From: an uncultured Planctomycetota bacterium
GTDB taxonomy: Bacteria > Planctomycetota > Planctomycetia > Isosphaerales > Isosphaeraceae
NCBI GenBank assembly: GCA_963737655.1
Contig: CAVTTN010000002.1
Location: 5,472,001 to 5,536,000 of the forward strand
Direction of reading: 5' to 3'
DNA length: 64,000 nucleotides
A model generated the notes under the pieces. That model ran no database searches and was not told the DNA's origin. It saw only the letters and a program-made list of their open reading frames with translations. Both the position numbers and the translations under genes were made by a program. Shown in pieces: positions 20,064 through 31,384 of this stretch (position 1 is the first letter of the stretch; every line of letters starts with the position of its first letter).

Positions 20064-22869
20064 TTATTTGCCCAGCTCCTTCAGGAGGCCGACGTACTTG
20101 GCCTTCATCTCGGGCTTGCCGACCGACGGGCTGAGCTTCATCACGCGTTCGAGGCTGGTCACGGCCTCGGCCCGGCGTCCCTGGCCGGTCTGGGCGATGG
20201 CCATGTGGTACACGCTGTCGTAATACTCCAGGGGCTTGGTCCGGTAGCGGCTGAGGTCGGCGACCCGCTCCTTCCAGTAGGCGAAGGCGACGTTCCACCG
20301 CTCCAGGCTCCGTTCGGCGCGGGCCCAGTCCTCGTACAGGAAGCCCTTCTCCATCATCAGGGTGAGGTCGCGCGGGCTGGCGGTCAGGAGTTCCTTGTCG
20401 AGCGCCAGGGCGTCCTCGAACTTGTTGGCCTCGCGGAGGGCCACGGCCTTCTTGTACTTGAGATAGGCGAGGCTGGTGGCGGCCTTGGGGTCCTTGAGGA
20501 ACTCGGGGTCCTTGCCGAACCGGGTGAGCATGGAGTCGAACACGGGGACGGCCTCCGCCCCCATGCCCATCTCGATCATGGCGCTGCCGGCGAAGAGGAG
20601 GGACTGGTACGTCTGGCCCGACTGGCTGGTCGCCAGGGCCGTGAGGAACTTCTTGAACGACTCGCGGGTCTTCTTGTAGCCGACGGCGTCATTCCGGGCC
20701 TTCTGGGCCTCCATGTCCTCCTTCAAACGCATGGTCAGGTCGTAATACAGGCCGGTGAGCTTCTCCTTGGTGCTCCCGGCCTTTTCCAGAGTCTTGAGGT
20801 CGGCGATGGCCCGGTCGGTCTGGCCGTCGCCGAGGTGGGCCTTGAGCAGGATCGTCACGAGCGCCTCGTACAGCGGGGCGAGCTCGGCCGACTGCGACGC
20901 CCCGGCCAGGGTCTTCTCCAGGGGTTCGAGGAGGGCGAGCGCCTCCTTCGGCTTGCCCGTGGCGCGGAGGATCTCGGCCACGTCGGTCGAGTTGCGGACC
21001 AGGGCCGGGTCGGTGGCCGGGGCCCCGGCCTTCTTGCGGGCCTCCAGGGCCGAGGATTCGAGGTCCAGCGCCGCCTTGCCCTGGGCCTCGGCCTCGGACC
21101 CCTTGTCCTCCTCGCGGAGCTTCTGGGCGAGCCTCCAGAGCGCCTCCCCGGCCATCATCTGGGCGTCGAGCCGGCGGGGGGACTCGGCCCGGACTCCTTC
21201 ATACGACTTCGCCGCCCTCACGTACTCCTGGCGGCCGAAATAGATCTCCCCGAGGGTGACGCGGGCGGCGTCTCCCTGGTCCTTGTCGCTCCAGGTCTCG
21301 GCGGCGAAGGAGGCGAGGTCGATCAGGCGGTCGAGGTCGCTCGTCCGGTCGATCTCCACATACGTGTTGTACGCCATCGTCAGGGCCGCGATGCCGATAT
21401 CGACGGCCTTCAAGGACCATTCGTCCTGGGGATACCGCCGGACGAGGTGATCGCAGATCGCGGCGGCGGAATAGTACCTCTGGGCCGAGTATTCGCAGTA
21501 GGCGAGGAAGTAGCGGGCCTTGTTCGCCTTGGCGGGTTCCCGGGCGGGGTCGGCCCTCTTGATGGCCTGCTGGAACAGCTTGATGGCGCGGTCCCATTCG
21601 TGGGTGCTCATCGCCGAATCGGCCTGGGCCATCGCCTCGTCATACGTCATGGCGGCGATCTGGCGGTCGTCGACGTCGCCGCCGATCTTGAACTTGTCGC
21701 GGATCTCCTTGCGGAGGACCAGGGCCTCGGCCTTGTACGGCGAGAAGTAGCGGACGACCTCATCCAGCCGCGCCAGGGCCTTGCGGGCGGCCTCCTTCTG
21801 GTCCTTCTCGTTGAGCTCGTCGAGCTGGGCCTTCAGGGCCCGGGCCAATTCGAGCTGGACGCCCAGGCCGGACTCGCTGGAGAGATACCGAGGGTTGTCC
21901 TGGAGCCATCGGGCGGCCTCGTCCACCGCGAGGGCATACTCCTTCCTCTTGTTATCGACGATGATCCGGAAGAAGCCGATCCGCCGCCTCATCTCGTTGT
22001 AGATGGGGTCGTTCATCGGCTGGGCGAAGAGCTCGTTGTAGATGCCCATCGCCGGGCCGAGCTCCCCTTTTTCCTCGTAGCACTTGCCCTGGAGCATCCG
22101 GGCGGAGAGGCCGGCGAGCTGCGACCGGTAGTCCTTGTACACGATCTCGAACGCGGCGATGGCCTTGTCCAGGAGGTCGTTCCTCTCCTTCGAGCCGAGC
22201 GGCCAGGACTGCGCGTCCTCGTAATCGACCACCGTCCTCTGGAGGCGGGCGTCCATCAGGGCGGTGTGCGGCGCGCTCCTTCGAGTCCTTCGCCGGGTTC
22301 CCCTCGGGGATGAATTTTGGGAAGGACTCGAACGCCTTCTGCAAGAGGGGCAACGCGCGCTCGTAGGCGGCGCGGGCCTCGACGAACGAGGCGCGGGCGG
22401 AGGTCAGCTTGGCCTTCTCCTCGGCCCCCTTGAGATCGCGGGACTGGACGAGGTCGGTATGCCCCCGCTCGACGAACAAGCGGGCGAGCTGCGTGAGGGC
22501 CTCGGGCGTGAGCGGGTGATCGGGGTTCTTGCGGGCGAACTCGTCGAGCTTCGCGCGGGCCGAGTCCAGGAGGGCCGTCTTGGTCTCCAGGTTGTTGGAG
22601 ACGGTCGCCTCTTCCAGGAGCCCCCGGCCGACCTGGTAATCGAGCGTGACCTTCAAGTCGGCGGGCGCGGCGGGGTCTTTGCGGAGGCTTTCGAGGTACT
22701 CCAGGGCGAGGTCATGATAGCCCCGTTCGCGCAAGCCCTGGGCGAACTTCAGGGCCTGGCGGGCCTCGGGCGACATCTCGTCGGCGGCCCGGACGAGCGA
22801 AGGAGCCAGGAAACCGGCCGCCACGACGGCCCAAAGCCCGGCGAGCGAGGCGCGACGGGGCATCTTCAT
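20064..22869 (-). CDS. Large secreted TPR protein (frameshift near 22270)
   Basis: Signal peptide MKMPRRASL..VRA in ORF 21952-22971 continues into TPR ORF 20064-22256. Confidence 0.75.
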
Positions 22870-22995
22870 GAGGAGGCTCCGGGGCGAGACGGGGCGTCCC
22901 CGGGGCCGGTCCGAACTCGTCCCGGCCCCCCGGGGCCGCGTGTGTCGAGAGCGTGGATGCGTTCGATCCAATCTACGGCGCCCGGAGGGGCCTCG

Positions 22996-24268
22996 TCAAT
23001 CGAGCGGAGGAACCCGGGGCTTCGGCGGGGCGACCGGCCCGTAGCCGAATCGGTCCTTCAAGCTCAGGATCGGCCTCTCGATCAGGAACCACGAGGCCGA
23101 GGCCGCCGCGATCGTGATCGCGACCTTCGCCGCCCGGGTCGTCCACGGCTGGTCGTACCGGAATTCCGAGGCCTTCGGGAACCCGTCGATCGCCCAGAAG
23201 ATCGGCACGTGATAGAGGTACACCCCGTAGCTGATCAGACCAAGATAGACCAGAGGAGGCATCCTCAAGGGGGCCAGCCACCGGCTCCCGGCGTTCGCGG
23301 CGACCGTGCCGACCAGGCCGAAATAGGTCACGCCGACGGCCAGGATCGTCGTCGAGGGCCTCCTCGGCGTGGGCAGGCCGAGGAAGCCCACCGGGTCCCC
23401 CTCGGCGATCATCCCCCAGGCGATGTAGAGCAATCCGCCGACGAGCGCGGCGGTGGTCGCCATGCGGATTCGCCGATCGACGACCATCCGAGGGCGAGGC
23501 CGCCCCATCATCGCCGCCAGCAGCCCGCCCAGGGCGAAGCCGTCGCATCGGCCGATCAGGGTCCGCTCGACGAACGGCTCCCAGGCGATCCACCCCCCTT
23601 CCCTCGCCGCCACCGACAGCGCGATGGCCCCCAGGGCGAGGAAGATCGTCCGTTTGCGGGCGGGGTCGATCGGGACGACCTGAACCCTCTCCCCCGCCCC
23701 GGGGGAGAGGACAGGGTGAGGGGGCAAGACGCCGCTCGACGAGGATTCTCCTCGGGCCCACAGGGAACGCCACCCCCTCACCCCCGGGGCGAAGGCGCGT
23801 CGGAGCCGGGAGAGATCCGGCAGCCTCGCCGCCAGGAGGATCAGCGCGGGCCAGATCAGGTAAAACTGCTCCTCCAGGGCGAGCGTCCAGGAATGGTCAA
23901 ACGCCACCATCTCCTTCGGGACATCGTAGCGCCACATCCGCGGCAGGTTCTGCGTGTACGTGAGGTAATACGGGACGCTCCCCAGGGGCTCGGGCCGGGG
24001 GATCCGGCCGTTGATCGCCACGAGGACGCCCAGGACGAGGTAATAGATCGGCCAGATCCGCAACCCCCGGCGGACGTAGAAAACCCCCAAAAATCGCGGC
24101 GAATCGCCGTGGTCGAGCACGATCGCCGTGATCAAATAGCCCGAGAGGACGAAGAACAGGTCCACGCCCGTCCATCCGGGGAAAAACCCCGGCGGATTCA
24201 GGTGGAACGCCAGGATCGCCAGGGCCGCGAGCCCCTCGGAGGCTGTCGAGCTCGGGGACTCGTCTCAT
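22996..24268 (-). CDS. Acyltransferase family 3 (OafA-like; frameshift near 24232; in-frame repeat insertion)
   Basis: RVPELDSLRG, DLFFVLSGYLI, RRGLRIWP, HSWTLALEEQFY, GLISYGVYLYH. Confidence 0.9.
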
Positions 24269-24355
24269 GCGATGGGCCTTGACTCGGGCCGTCCGGTCGT
24301 GTCCCCTGAATCGGGCCGCCAATGGCCTTCATAACAGGCCCGAGCCCCGCCCGCC

Positions 24356-25365
24356 ATGCCCGCCCGACGCGCCGTCTCCGAGATCTCCCTGGTCAACGGC
24401 TCGGCCGGAGACCCCGTCCTGTTCGTCGATTATCCCGGCCGGGACGACGCGCTCCTGTTCGACGCCGGGGAGAACGGCTCGCTCGACCCGAAGCGGCTCG
24501 GCGACCTCCTCGCCGTGTTCATCTCGCATCATCACATCGACCATTTCATCGGCCTGGATCGGATCGTCCGGGCGAACCTCGATCGGGACAAGACCTTGCA
24601 CCTCTTCGGCCCCCCGGGGACGATCCGCAAGGTCTTCGACCGCGTGACCAGCTACGACCACCCGTTCTTCCCGTTCCAGAAGCTCATCCTGGCCGTCCAC
24701 GAGATCCAGCCGGGGCGGCAACGACGGGCCGAGTTGCGGTGCGAGGACAAGTTCGCGGAGCCCGAGATCGTGGAATCGGAGTGGTCGGGCCCGACGATCT
24801 TCGAGACGCCCGAGATCCGCGTCGAGGCCGCCCCCGCCGATCACACCGTCCCCTGCCTGGCCTATGCGATGGTCGAGGCGACCGGGTATCATCCCGACCC
24901 GAAGCGGAGGGACACCGGCCCGCTCCGGCCCGGCCCGTGGCTGTCGAAGGCCCTGGAGCTCCTCCGCCTGGCGCGGCCCCGGAGACGCCGGTGGACGTCG
25001 ATGGCGGGAGCTTCCCCCTGGGTAGGCTGGCCGAGGCGTATTTTGTGAAGACCGGAGGCTCGCGAGTCGCGTTCGTGACCGATACCGCGTGGTCCGAAGC
25101 GTCCGCGCCGGGCCTCCTCCGCCTGGCCCACCGGGCCGACCGGCTCTATTGCGACTCGTTTTACGCGAATGCCCAGAAAAAACAGGCCGAGAAGTACCAT
25201 CACATGACCGCGACCCAGGCCGCCTCGTTCGCGAAGGCGGCGAGGGCCTCCGAATTGATCCTGATCCACTTCGCCTCGCGCTATGCCGGCGCCTACGAAT
25301 CCTTGGTTCAAGAAGCCCGAGCGATCTTCCCGGCGACCTCGGCCGTCCTGCCTGAACCGCCATGA
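24356..25365 (+). CDS. Ribonuclease Z-like metallo-beta-lactamase (frameshift near 24965)
   Basis: LLFDAG, SHHHIDHF, DHTVPCLAY, FVTDT, HMTA, LIHFASRY. Confidence 0.8.
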
Positions 25366-25411
25366 GGATGGGGAGGCTCCGGAGAGAACCTCGGCGAGAG
25401 CCAGGAAGCCG

Positions 25412-25479
25412 GTAGGTCCGACTTCAGTCGTGCCTGCAAATCCCAATCTTTCCGCAGGCCCGACTGAAGTCGGACCTAC
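25412..25479. repeat. Second GTAG-type REP doublet (GTAGGTCCGACTTCAGTCG)
   Basis: Perfect 19-bp inverted repeat starting with GTAG. Confidence 0.8.
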
Positions 25480-25563
25480 TCGCCTTGTCACTCCGAATCG
25501 GGTGGATTCGGAAAGGGACGGGCCGGTCAAGATCCCCGCCCGCCCGGCGAATACCCGGTCACC

Positions 25564-26907
25564 ATGAGACTGGAGGCCGATCCGATGGACCCGACCGCGA
25601 CGCCGATTGCCGATCCCGAACCGCTCGTCCCCGACCCGATCGAGGACTCCGCGCCCGGACCCGAGACGCCGGAAAAGGGCTCCACGATGAGGCCCGCCGA
25701 GGCGTGGGAGCGGATGGCCCGGGGCGAGACGATCCAGAACGTCCGGATCGAGCGGATGACCTTCCGGGGGACGATCGCGCACCCGGTCCGCATGATCGGC
25801 GTGAGGCTGGTCCAGCCCCGGTTCGAGAAGGTCGAATTCGCCGAGGAGGTCGTCCTGGCCAAGTCCACGATCGACCGGCCGAGCTTCAACCGCCGCGTGG
25901 TGATGGCCAAGGGCCTGGACCTTCGCGGATCGACGATCCTCCACATGAACGTGAGGTCGCTGGAAGTCCATGGCGCCTTCTCGGCCGACCGGACGAAGTG
26001 GCTCGGCAAGTTCGTCCTCACCAACGCGACGTTCCACGGGACCACGAGGTTCTGGGAGGCGAAGTTCGAGGGCTGGGTGGACATCAAGAATTGCACGTTC
26101 CACGATACCGCCGACTTCCGCAGCCTCCACGGCGACGAGGGGCTCTCGATCGAGGGGTGCCGGTTCGTCAAGGACTTCCTGTTCCGAGGGTCGACCGTCT
26201 GCAAGAAGCTGGACCTCGGCCGGTCGCGGTTCGAGGCGCTTTTGGACCTCTCCAAGGCCAAGCTGCACGACTTCGTCTACCTCGAAGGGATCGAGGCGGG
26301 CCCGGAGCAGAGGTTCGCCGTCAAGAACGCGCTGGCCGAGCGGTTGCTGGTCCGGCCCGAGCAGATCGAAGGGCGGCTCCAGAGCGAGGAGACCGGCGAC
26401 CACGCCTCGGCGATGGAGGAATACGGCCTGTTGAAGCGCGGGTTCGAGGGGCTCCACCGCTACGACCAGGAGGACTGGGCGTTCTATCGCTTCAAGGTCA
26501 ACGCCCGACGGTCGAGGAAGAGGTCGTGGAACCGTCCGTGGAGCAAGGTCGCCCAGTTCTTCGACTGGCTGTTGCTGGACCTGGGCTGCGGGTATGGGAC
26601 TCACCCGCTCCGGGCCGTCCGCGCCTCGTTGATCATCATCGCCGTGTTCGCCGTGATGTACATGCTCGGGGCCGAGGCGCTGAGGGTCGAACAGTTCCCG
26701 TTCCCGGACGCCCGAGGCGTCGGCTACCTGCCCAACCGCGTACTGGTGGGCCTGCTGACCAGCGTGACCGTGTTCACATCCGGGTTCGGGAACCTCCGGG
26801 ACATGGGCCAGGGCTGGATGCTCCTGCCCCTGATCGTGGAATCGCTCCTCGGGACGTTCCTCTGGGGCCTGTTCATCGTCGCGTTCAGCCGGAAGGTCAT
26901 CCGATAA
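25564..26907 (+). CDS. Pentapeptide-repeat protein with C-terminal membrane/pore-like domain
   Basis: Repeating A(T/K)F-type beta units, GYG..P.R, TM helices flanking SVTVFTSGFGNL. Confidence 0.7.
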   Translation: MRLEADPMDPTATPIADPEPLVPDPIEDSAPGPETPEKGSTMRPAEAWERMARGETIQNVRIERMTFRGTIAHPVRMIGVRLVQPRFEKVEFAEEVVLAKSTIDRPSFNRRVVMAKGLDLRGSTILHMNVRSLEVHGAFSADRTKWLGKFVLTNATFHGTTRFWEAKFEGWVDIKNCTFHDTADFRSLHGDEGLSIEGCRFVKDFLFRGSTVCKKLDLGRSRFEALLDLSKAKLHDFVYLEGIEAGPEQRFAVKNALAERLLVRPEQIEGRLQSEETGDHASAMEEYGLLKRGFEGLHRYDQEDWAFYRFKVNARRSRKRSWNRPWSKVAQFFDWLLLDLGCGYGTHPLRAVRASLIIIAVFAVMYMLGAEALRVEQFPFPDARGVGYLPNRVLVGLLTSVTVFTSGFGNLRDMGQGWMLLPLIVESLLGTFLWGLFIVAFSRKVIR

Positions 26908-26929
26908 AGATCGACGGATAAAACCGCCT

Positions 26930-27096
26930 GTCGGGTGCATGAAATGCACCAACCTCGCGGCGGCCCCCGGGCCGCCCACCTTTTGCCCTCCTCGTTCGAT
27001 CGCCCAGGGAGGAGCAAGCGGGAGGCGGCCCGGGGGCCGCCGCGAGGTTGGTGCAGTTCATGCACCCGACATCACGGCGCATTTCATGCACCCTAC
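26930..27096. repeat. REP triplet, GTAGGGTGCATGAAATGCACC family
   Basis: Units at 26930, 27050-27070 and 27076-27096. Confidence 0.9.
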
Positions 27097-27401
27097 TTGG
27101 AGACGATCGAGTCGAACACGCGGACCTTGGCCCAGTTGTCTCGGCTCTCGGCGATGAACTGGTGGTGGAGCTCGGCGTCCTGGTAGAGGTCGTGGTTCTC
27201 TGCCGAGTCGAACACGACGTGGAGGGCGACGTCGAAATCGCGGTCGTTCACCGGGCGGTTGAGCTCCTGGGCGAGCCCGCCGACGGCGAAGAAAATCACT
27301 CCGGGATGGTCGGCCAGGTACTTCTTGCAGGCGGCGATCAGGGCGTCTCGCGACGAGTCGGATCGGTCCTTCAGCGCGAAATAGACGTTGTGGGCGAGCA
27401 T
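27093..27401 (-). CDS. Dabb family (stress-responsive A/B barrel) protein
   Basis: HNVYFALKD..DFDVALHVVF..YQ...H..FI..VRVFD. Confidence 0.88.
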   Translation of the reverse strand: MLAHNVYFALKDRSDSSRDALIAACKKYLADHPGVIFFAVGGLAQELNRPVNDRDFDVALHVVFDSAENHDLYQDAELHHQFIAESRDNWAKVRVFDSIVSK

Positions 27402-27439
27402 GGTTCGGGCGGTTCTCTCGGGGTGGGTGGCTGAGGGGT

Positions 27440-27892
27440 TCAGGCGGTGGGGTTCGCTTCGAGATACTGCTCGACGAGCATCTTGAGCCCTCCGGCGACG
27501 GCCAGGCCCATCGCCTGGCCGCGATCGATCACCTCGGAGGCGGGCCAGCCGTGGGCCCGGGCCTGCTGCAACAACACCATCGCCGCGGCCCGGCCCCCGG
27601 CCTTGCAGTGGACCAGGACCTTGCCGGCCTTCGCGTGCTGGTCGATGAAGTCGCTGATCGCCGAGACGGCCGTCGGCGAAAGCGGCGCGCCGCCCACGCC
27701 CGAGTGGATGTATTCCAGGCCGGAGGCGACGACCACGGCCCCTTCGGCCGCGGTGCCGAGGGGCTGTTCCGGCTCGCCGTCGTTGCGGAGGTTCACCACG
27801 CCGGTGTAACCGGCCGCCTTCAGGCCCGAGAGGTCGGCCTCCGTCGGCTGGCCGGCGATGGCGATCGTCGGCGTGATCGGGCGGACGTCCAT
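27440..27892 (-). CDS. DUF442/tyrosine-phosphatase-like (Blh-type sulfurtransferase) protein
   Basis: AGQP..VVNLR..E, HCKAGGRA (Cx5R-like loop). Confidence 0.8.
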   Translation of the reverse strand: MDVRPITPTIAIAGQPTEADLSGLKAAGYTGVVNLRNDGEPEQPLGTAAEGAVVVASGLEYIHSGVGGAPLSPTAVSAISDFIDQHAKAGKVLVHCKAGGRAAAMVLLQQARAHGWPASEVIDRGQAMGLAVAGGLKMLVEQYLEANPTA

Positions 27893-28025
27893 GTGATTCT
27901 CCTGCTCGCGGCGGCTCGGGATGCTCGTCGGTTCCAAGGCCCCTACCCTACCAGCGGACGGGCCGATCGTCCAACGGGCAGGGCCGGGCAGGGTCGATCG
28001 TTTCTTCATTCCGAGGCGGAGCTTA

Positions 28026-28052
28026 CCCTCTCCCCCGCCTCGGGGGAGAGGG
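28026..28052. repeat. CCCTCTCCCCCG...CGGGGGAGAGGG palindromic repeat
   Basis: Copy of the hairpin at 19996. Confidence 0.7.
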
Positions 28053-28134
28053 CGTCAGAAGCTCCGGCTTGAACAACCGATCGGCCCTGCCGGGTTGAGC
28101 CCGCCCGACAACCCCGAAAAGCCGCAAGCTCCTC

Positions 28135-28162
28135 TTGACGCCCCCCGCGTTCTTTCTAGAAT
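28135..28162 (+). promoter_or_regulatory. Putative sigma70 promoter of the marR-efflux operon
   Basis: TTGACG-N16-TAGAAT about 50 nt upstream of the marR start. Confidence 0.5.
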
Positions 28163-28213
28163 CGAGTTGTTCGATTTCCGAATCTTTCGTCGGATGAAGT
28201 TCTTGCGAGGATC

Positions 28214-28723
28214 ATGAAGACCCACGCGGACGACGTGCTGGAGGCGAGGGCCGAGGACCTGCGCGAGCAGCTTTTCTCGGTCGTCCACCGGCTGAAGTCG
28301 GTCGATGCCCGGTGCGCGGGGTCGATGGACACGGACATCAGCCTGCCGGAGCTCCGGGTGATCGAGATCCTCGGGGACTGCCCGGGCCTGATGATGAAGG
28401 AGCTGGCCGACCGGATGCTCGCGGCGGTGAGCACGGCGACGGGCCTGGTGGATAAGCTGGTCCAGAAGGGCTACGTGAGGCGGGACCGGGGGGACGAGGA
28501 CCGCCGGATCGTCCGGGTGGACCTCTCGGACTCGGGCCGGGTCGTCTGCGAAGGCGTGAAGGCGATGCACCTGGACCTGTGCCGGGGGATGCTCGCCGCG
28601 CTGAACGAGGATGAGCGGGAGATCTTCCTCGTCCTCATGAGGAAGATCGCCCGGGGGCCGTCGCCGATCGGCCCCGGGGAGGAAAGGGAGGGTCATGGAA
28701 ACGATCGACGCGACCGAGCTTGA
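28214..28723 (+). CDS. MarR family transcriptional regulator
   Basis: ELA..STATGLVDKLVQKGYVRR..DRRIVRVDLS. Confidence 0.92.
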   Translation: MKTHADDVLEARAEDLREQLFSVVHRLKSVDARCAGSMDTDISLPELRVIEILGDCPGLMMKELADRMLAAVSTATGLVDKLVQKGYVRRDRGDEDRRIVRVDLSDSGRVVCEGVKAMHLDLCRGMLAALNEDEREIFLVLMRKIARGPSPIGPGEEREGHGNDRRDRA

Positions 28724-30002
28724 GCGCCCTTACGCCCCGCCCGAGGCCCGCGCCGAGCCGACGGCCTCCGAGAAGGCCCGGGCCGCCGAGAGGCTGCTCC
28801 TGTTCGTCCTGGCGGCCGTCCAGTTCGCCAACATCATGGACTTCATGATCGTGATGCCCCTGGGGCCTCGGTTGATGAGTAGCCTGGGGATCGCGGCGAA
28901 CCAGTTCGGCAACGTGGTGTCCTTCTATACCTACAGCGCCAGCATCGCCGGGCTGCTGGCGGCCCTGGTCATCGATCGGTTCGACCGGAGGACGGCCCTG
29001 CTGTTCCTGGTCACGGGGTTCACGATCGGGACGTTCTCCTGCGGCCTGGCCGGGACGTATCCGCTCCTCCTGGCCGCCCGGGTGGCGACCGGGGCGTTCG
29101 GCGGGGTGCTCGGGGCGTTGGTCTTCGCGATCATCGGCGACGCCTTCCCCGAGTCGAGGCGGGGGGCGGCCACCGGGATCATCACCTCGGCGTTCGCCGT
29201 GGCGTCCGTCTTCGGCGTCCCGTTCGGCCTGTACCTGGGGACCCGCTACGGATGGCCCGCGCCGTTCTTCCTGCTCGGGGGGATCGGCGTCGTGGTGGGC
29301 CTCGTGGCCTTCGTCTCGATGCCGAGCCTCAAGGGGCACCTGGAAAAGACCCGGGATCGCGACCCGCTCGGCGAGCTCCTGGGCCTGTTGACCCACCCGA
29401 ACCACCTCCGGGCGTTCGCCCTGATGGTGGCGATCATGTTCAGCAGCTTCGCCGTGGTGCCGTACATCGCCGCCTCGATGGAGGCGAACGTGGGGATCAC
29501 CAAGCATGACATGATGTGGTTGTACGTGATGGGCGGGGCCTGCGCCCTGGTCTCCTCGCCGATCATCGGCCGGCTGGCCGACCGGTTCGGCAAGCTCCGG
29601 GTGTACTGGATCATGGCGGTGCTGTCGATCGTGCCGATCGTGGCGATCACGAACCTGCCGAGGGTCCCCCTGATCGTGGCGATGACGGCGGTCTCCGGGC
29701 TGATGGTGTGCAATTCGGGCCGGATGGTGCCGGCGGTGGCGATGATCACCTCCAGCGTGGAGCCGTCGCGCCGGGGCCGGTTCATGAGCGTGAACGCGGC
29801 GATCCAGCACCTGTCGGCGGGCCTGGCGGCGCAGGTGGCGGCGACGATCCTCGGCAGCGAGGACCACGTGACGGCCTCCGGGTTCCGCACGGTCGGGTTC
29901 CTGGCCGTCGCGGCGACCCTGGCGAGCCTGCCGCTGGCCGCTCGGCTCCGTGCGGCGAAGCCTCCGGCCCTGGCCGAGGTCGCCGTCGATCCCCTGGTGT
30001 GA
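28695..30002 (+). CDS. MFS transporter
   Basis: About 12 TM helices; DRFDRR and GRLADRFGK motif A. Confidence 0.92.
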   Translation: METIDATELERPYAPPEARAEPTASEKARAAERLLLFVLAAVQFANIMDFMIVMPLGPRLMSSLGIAANQFGNVVSFYTYSASIAGLLAALVIDRFDRRTALLFLVTGFTIGTFSCGLAGTYPLLLAARVATGAFGGVLGALVFAIIGDAFPESRRGAATGIITSAFAVASVFGVPFGLYLGTRYGWPAPFFLLGGIGVVVGLVAFVSMPSLKGHLEKTRDRDPLGELLGLLTHPNHLRAFALMVAIMFSSFAVVPYIAASMEANVGITKHDMMWLYVMGGACALVSSPIIGRLADRFGKLRVYWIMAVLSIVPIVAITNLPRVPLIVAMTAVSGLMVCNSGRMVPAVAMITSSVEPSRRGRFMSVNAAIQHLSAGLAAQVAATILGSEDHVTASGFRTVGFLAVAATLASLPLAARLRAAKPPALAEVAVDPLV

Positions 30003-30040
30003 CGAATTCCCGGCCGGAAGGCCGCGAGGGAGGATAGGGC

Positions 30041-31384
30041 ATGAGCGTCGCGATTCGAAGAGGAGTCGGGGCCCCGATCGGGCTGGGGGCCGCCGTCCTG
30101 GCCCTCGTCCTGCCCGGCTGCGGCCACCACGCCGAGAAGAAGGCCACGGCCGAGACCGCCGTCCGACCCGTGTCGGTCACGGCCGCCGAGCTGGTCCGCA
30201 AGGACGTGGACCGCACCGTGGACGTCGTCGGCACGCTCAAGGGGATGGACGAGGTCACGGTCGGCTCGAAACGGGCCGGGCGCGTCCTCAAGGTCCTGCA
30301 CGACGTCGGCGACCGCGTCCCCCCGGGCGAGCCCCTGGTCGAGCTCGACCCGATCGACGCCGGGCTCGCCTATCAGCAGGCCGAGACCCGCTACCTGAGC
30401 GAGCTCGCCAAGCTCGGCGTGACCCGCAAGCAGGCCGAGGATTTCCTCGCCAAGTTCGGCATCGGCGAGAGCATCCTGATGGGCGAGGAAGTCGATCGCC
30501 GGATCCGCGAGGTCCCGGCCGTCCACCAGGCGAAGGTGGCCGTGGACCGCGCCGGCCAGAACCTCGGCCGCCAGAGGCTGCTCCGGGCCCGAGACGCCGG
30601 GACCGCCCAGGAGCTCCAGAACGCCGAGAACGACGCCGAGGCGGCGCAGGCCGCCTTCGACAATGCCATCATCACCGCCCGCTCCGTCCTGGCCGCCGCC
30701 CTGGCGAGCAAGGTCGCGCTGGACGTCGCCGACCAGGCCCGCAAGGACCTGATCATCCGCGCCCCGGTCCCCTCGTACCTGACCCCCGGCTCGACCGGCG
30801 GGATCGTCTTCGCCGTGACCAGGAAGTCCGTCTCCGAGGGGCAGATGCTCCGCGACGGCGACGCCGTGGCCGACCTCGTGATCGAGGACCCGCTGAGGCT
30901 CTGGGCCAACGTCCCGTCGCGGTACTCGGCCGACGTGAAGGTGGGCCAGCCGGTGCAGATCCTGGTGGACTCCCTGATGGACGAGCAGGGCCAGCCGATC
31001 CCGAAGGTCGGGCAGGTCAAGAGGATCAACCCCTCGGTCGATCCGGTCAGCCGGACGTTCCACGTCGAGATCGAGGTCCCGAATCCCGAGGGCAAGCTCC
31101 GCCCCGGGACGTTCGCCAAGGCGGCCATCCGCACCCGCCACGACGTCCAGGCCGTGGTCGTCCCGACCGAGGCGGTCGTCCGGTTCGCCGGGGTCACCAA
31201 GGTCTTCGTCGTCGACGGCAAGGCGGCCAAGGCCGTCCCCGTGACGACCGGCCTGGAAGGCAAGGACTGGGTCGAGGTCCTCGGCGACCTGCCCACCGAA
31301 GGCCGGGTCGTCACCAGCGGCCAGGCCATGCTCGCCGACGGCACGCCGATCGTCATCCGGGAGCAGGAGAGCAAGAAGGAGTAG
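30041..31384 (+). CDS. RND efflux periplasmic adaptor (lipoprotein)
   Basis: LPGC lipobox; GDRV..GEPL, IRAP, INPSVDPVSRT, LRPG. Confidence 0.92.
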   Translation: MSVAIRRGVGAPIGLGAAVLALVLPGCGHHAEKKATAETAVRPVSVTAAELVRKDVDRTVDVVGTLKGMDEVTVGSKRAGRVLKVLHDVGDRVPPGEPLVELDPIDAGLAYQQAETRYLSELAKLGVTRKQAEDFLAKFGIGESILMGEEVDRRIREVPAVHQAKVAVDRAGQNLGRQRLLRARDAGTAQELQNAENDAEAAQAAFDNAIITARSVLAAALASKVALDVADQARKDLIIRAPVPSYLTPGSTGGIVFAVTRKSVSEGQMLRDGDAVADLVIEDPLRLWANVPSRYSADVKVGQPVQILVDSLMDEQGQPIPKVGQVKRINPSVDPVSRTFHVEIEVPNPEGKLRPGTFAKAAIRTRHDVQAVVVPTEAVVRFAGVTKVFVVDGKAAKAVPVTTGLEGKDWVEVLGDLPTEGRVVTSGQAMLADGTPIVIREQESKKE

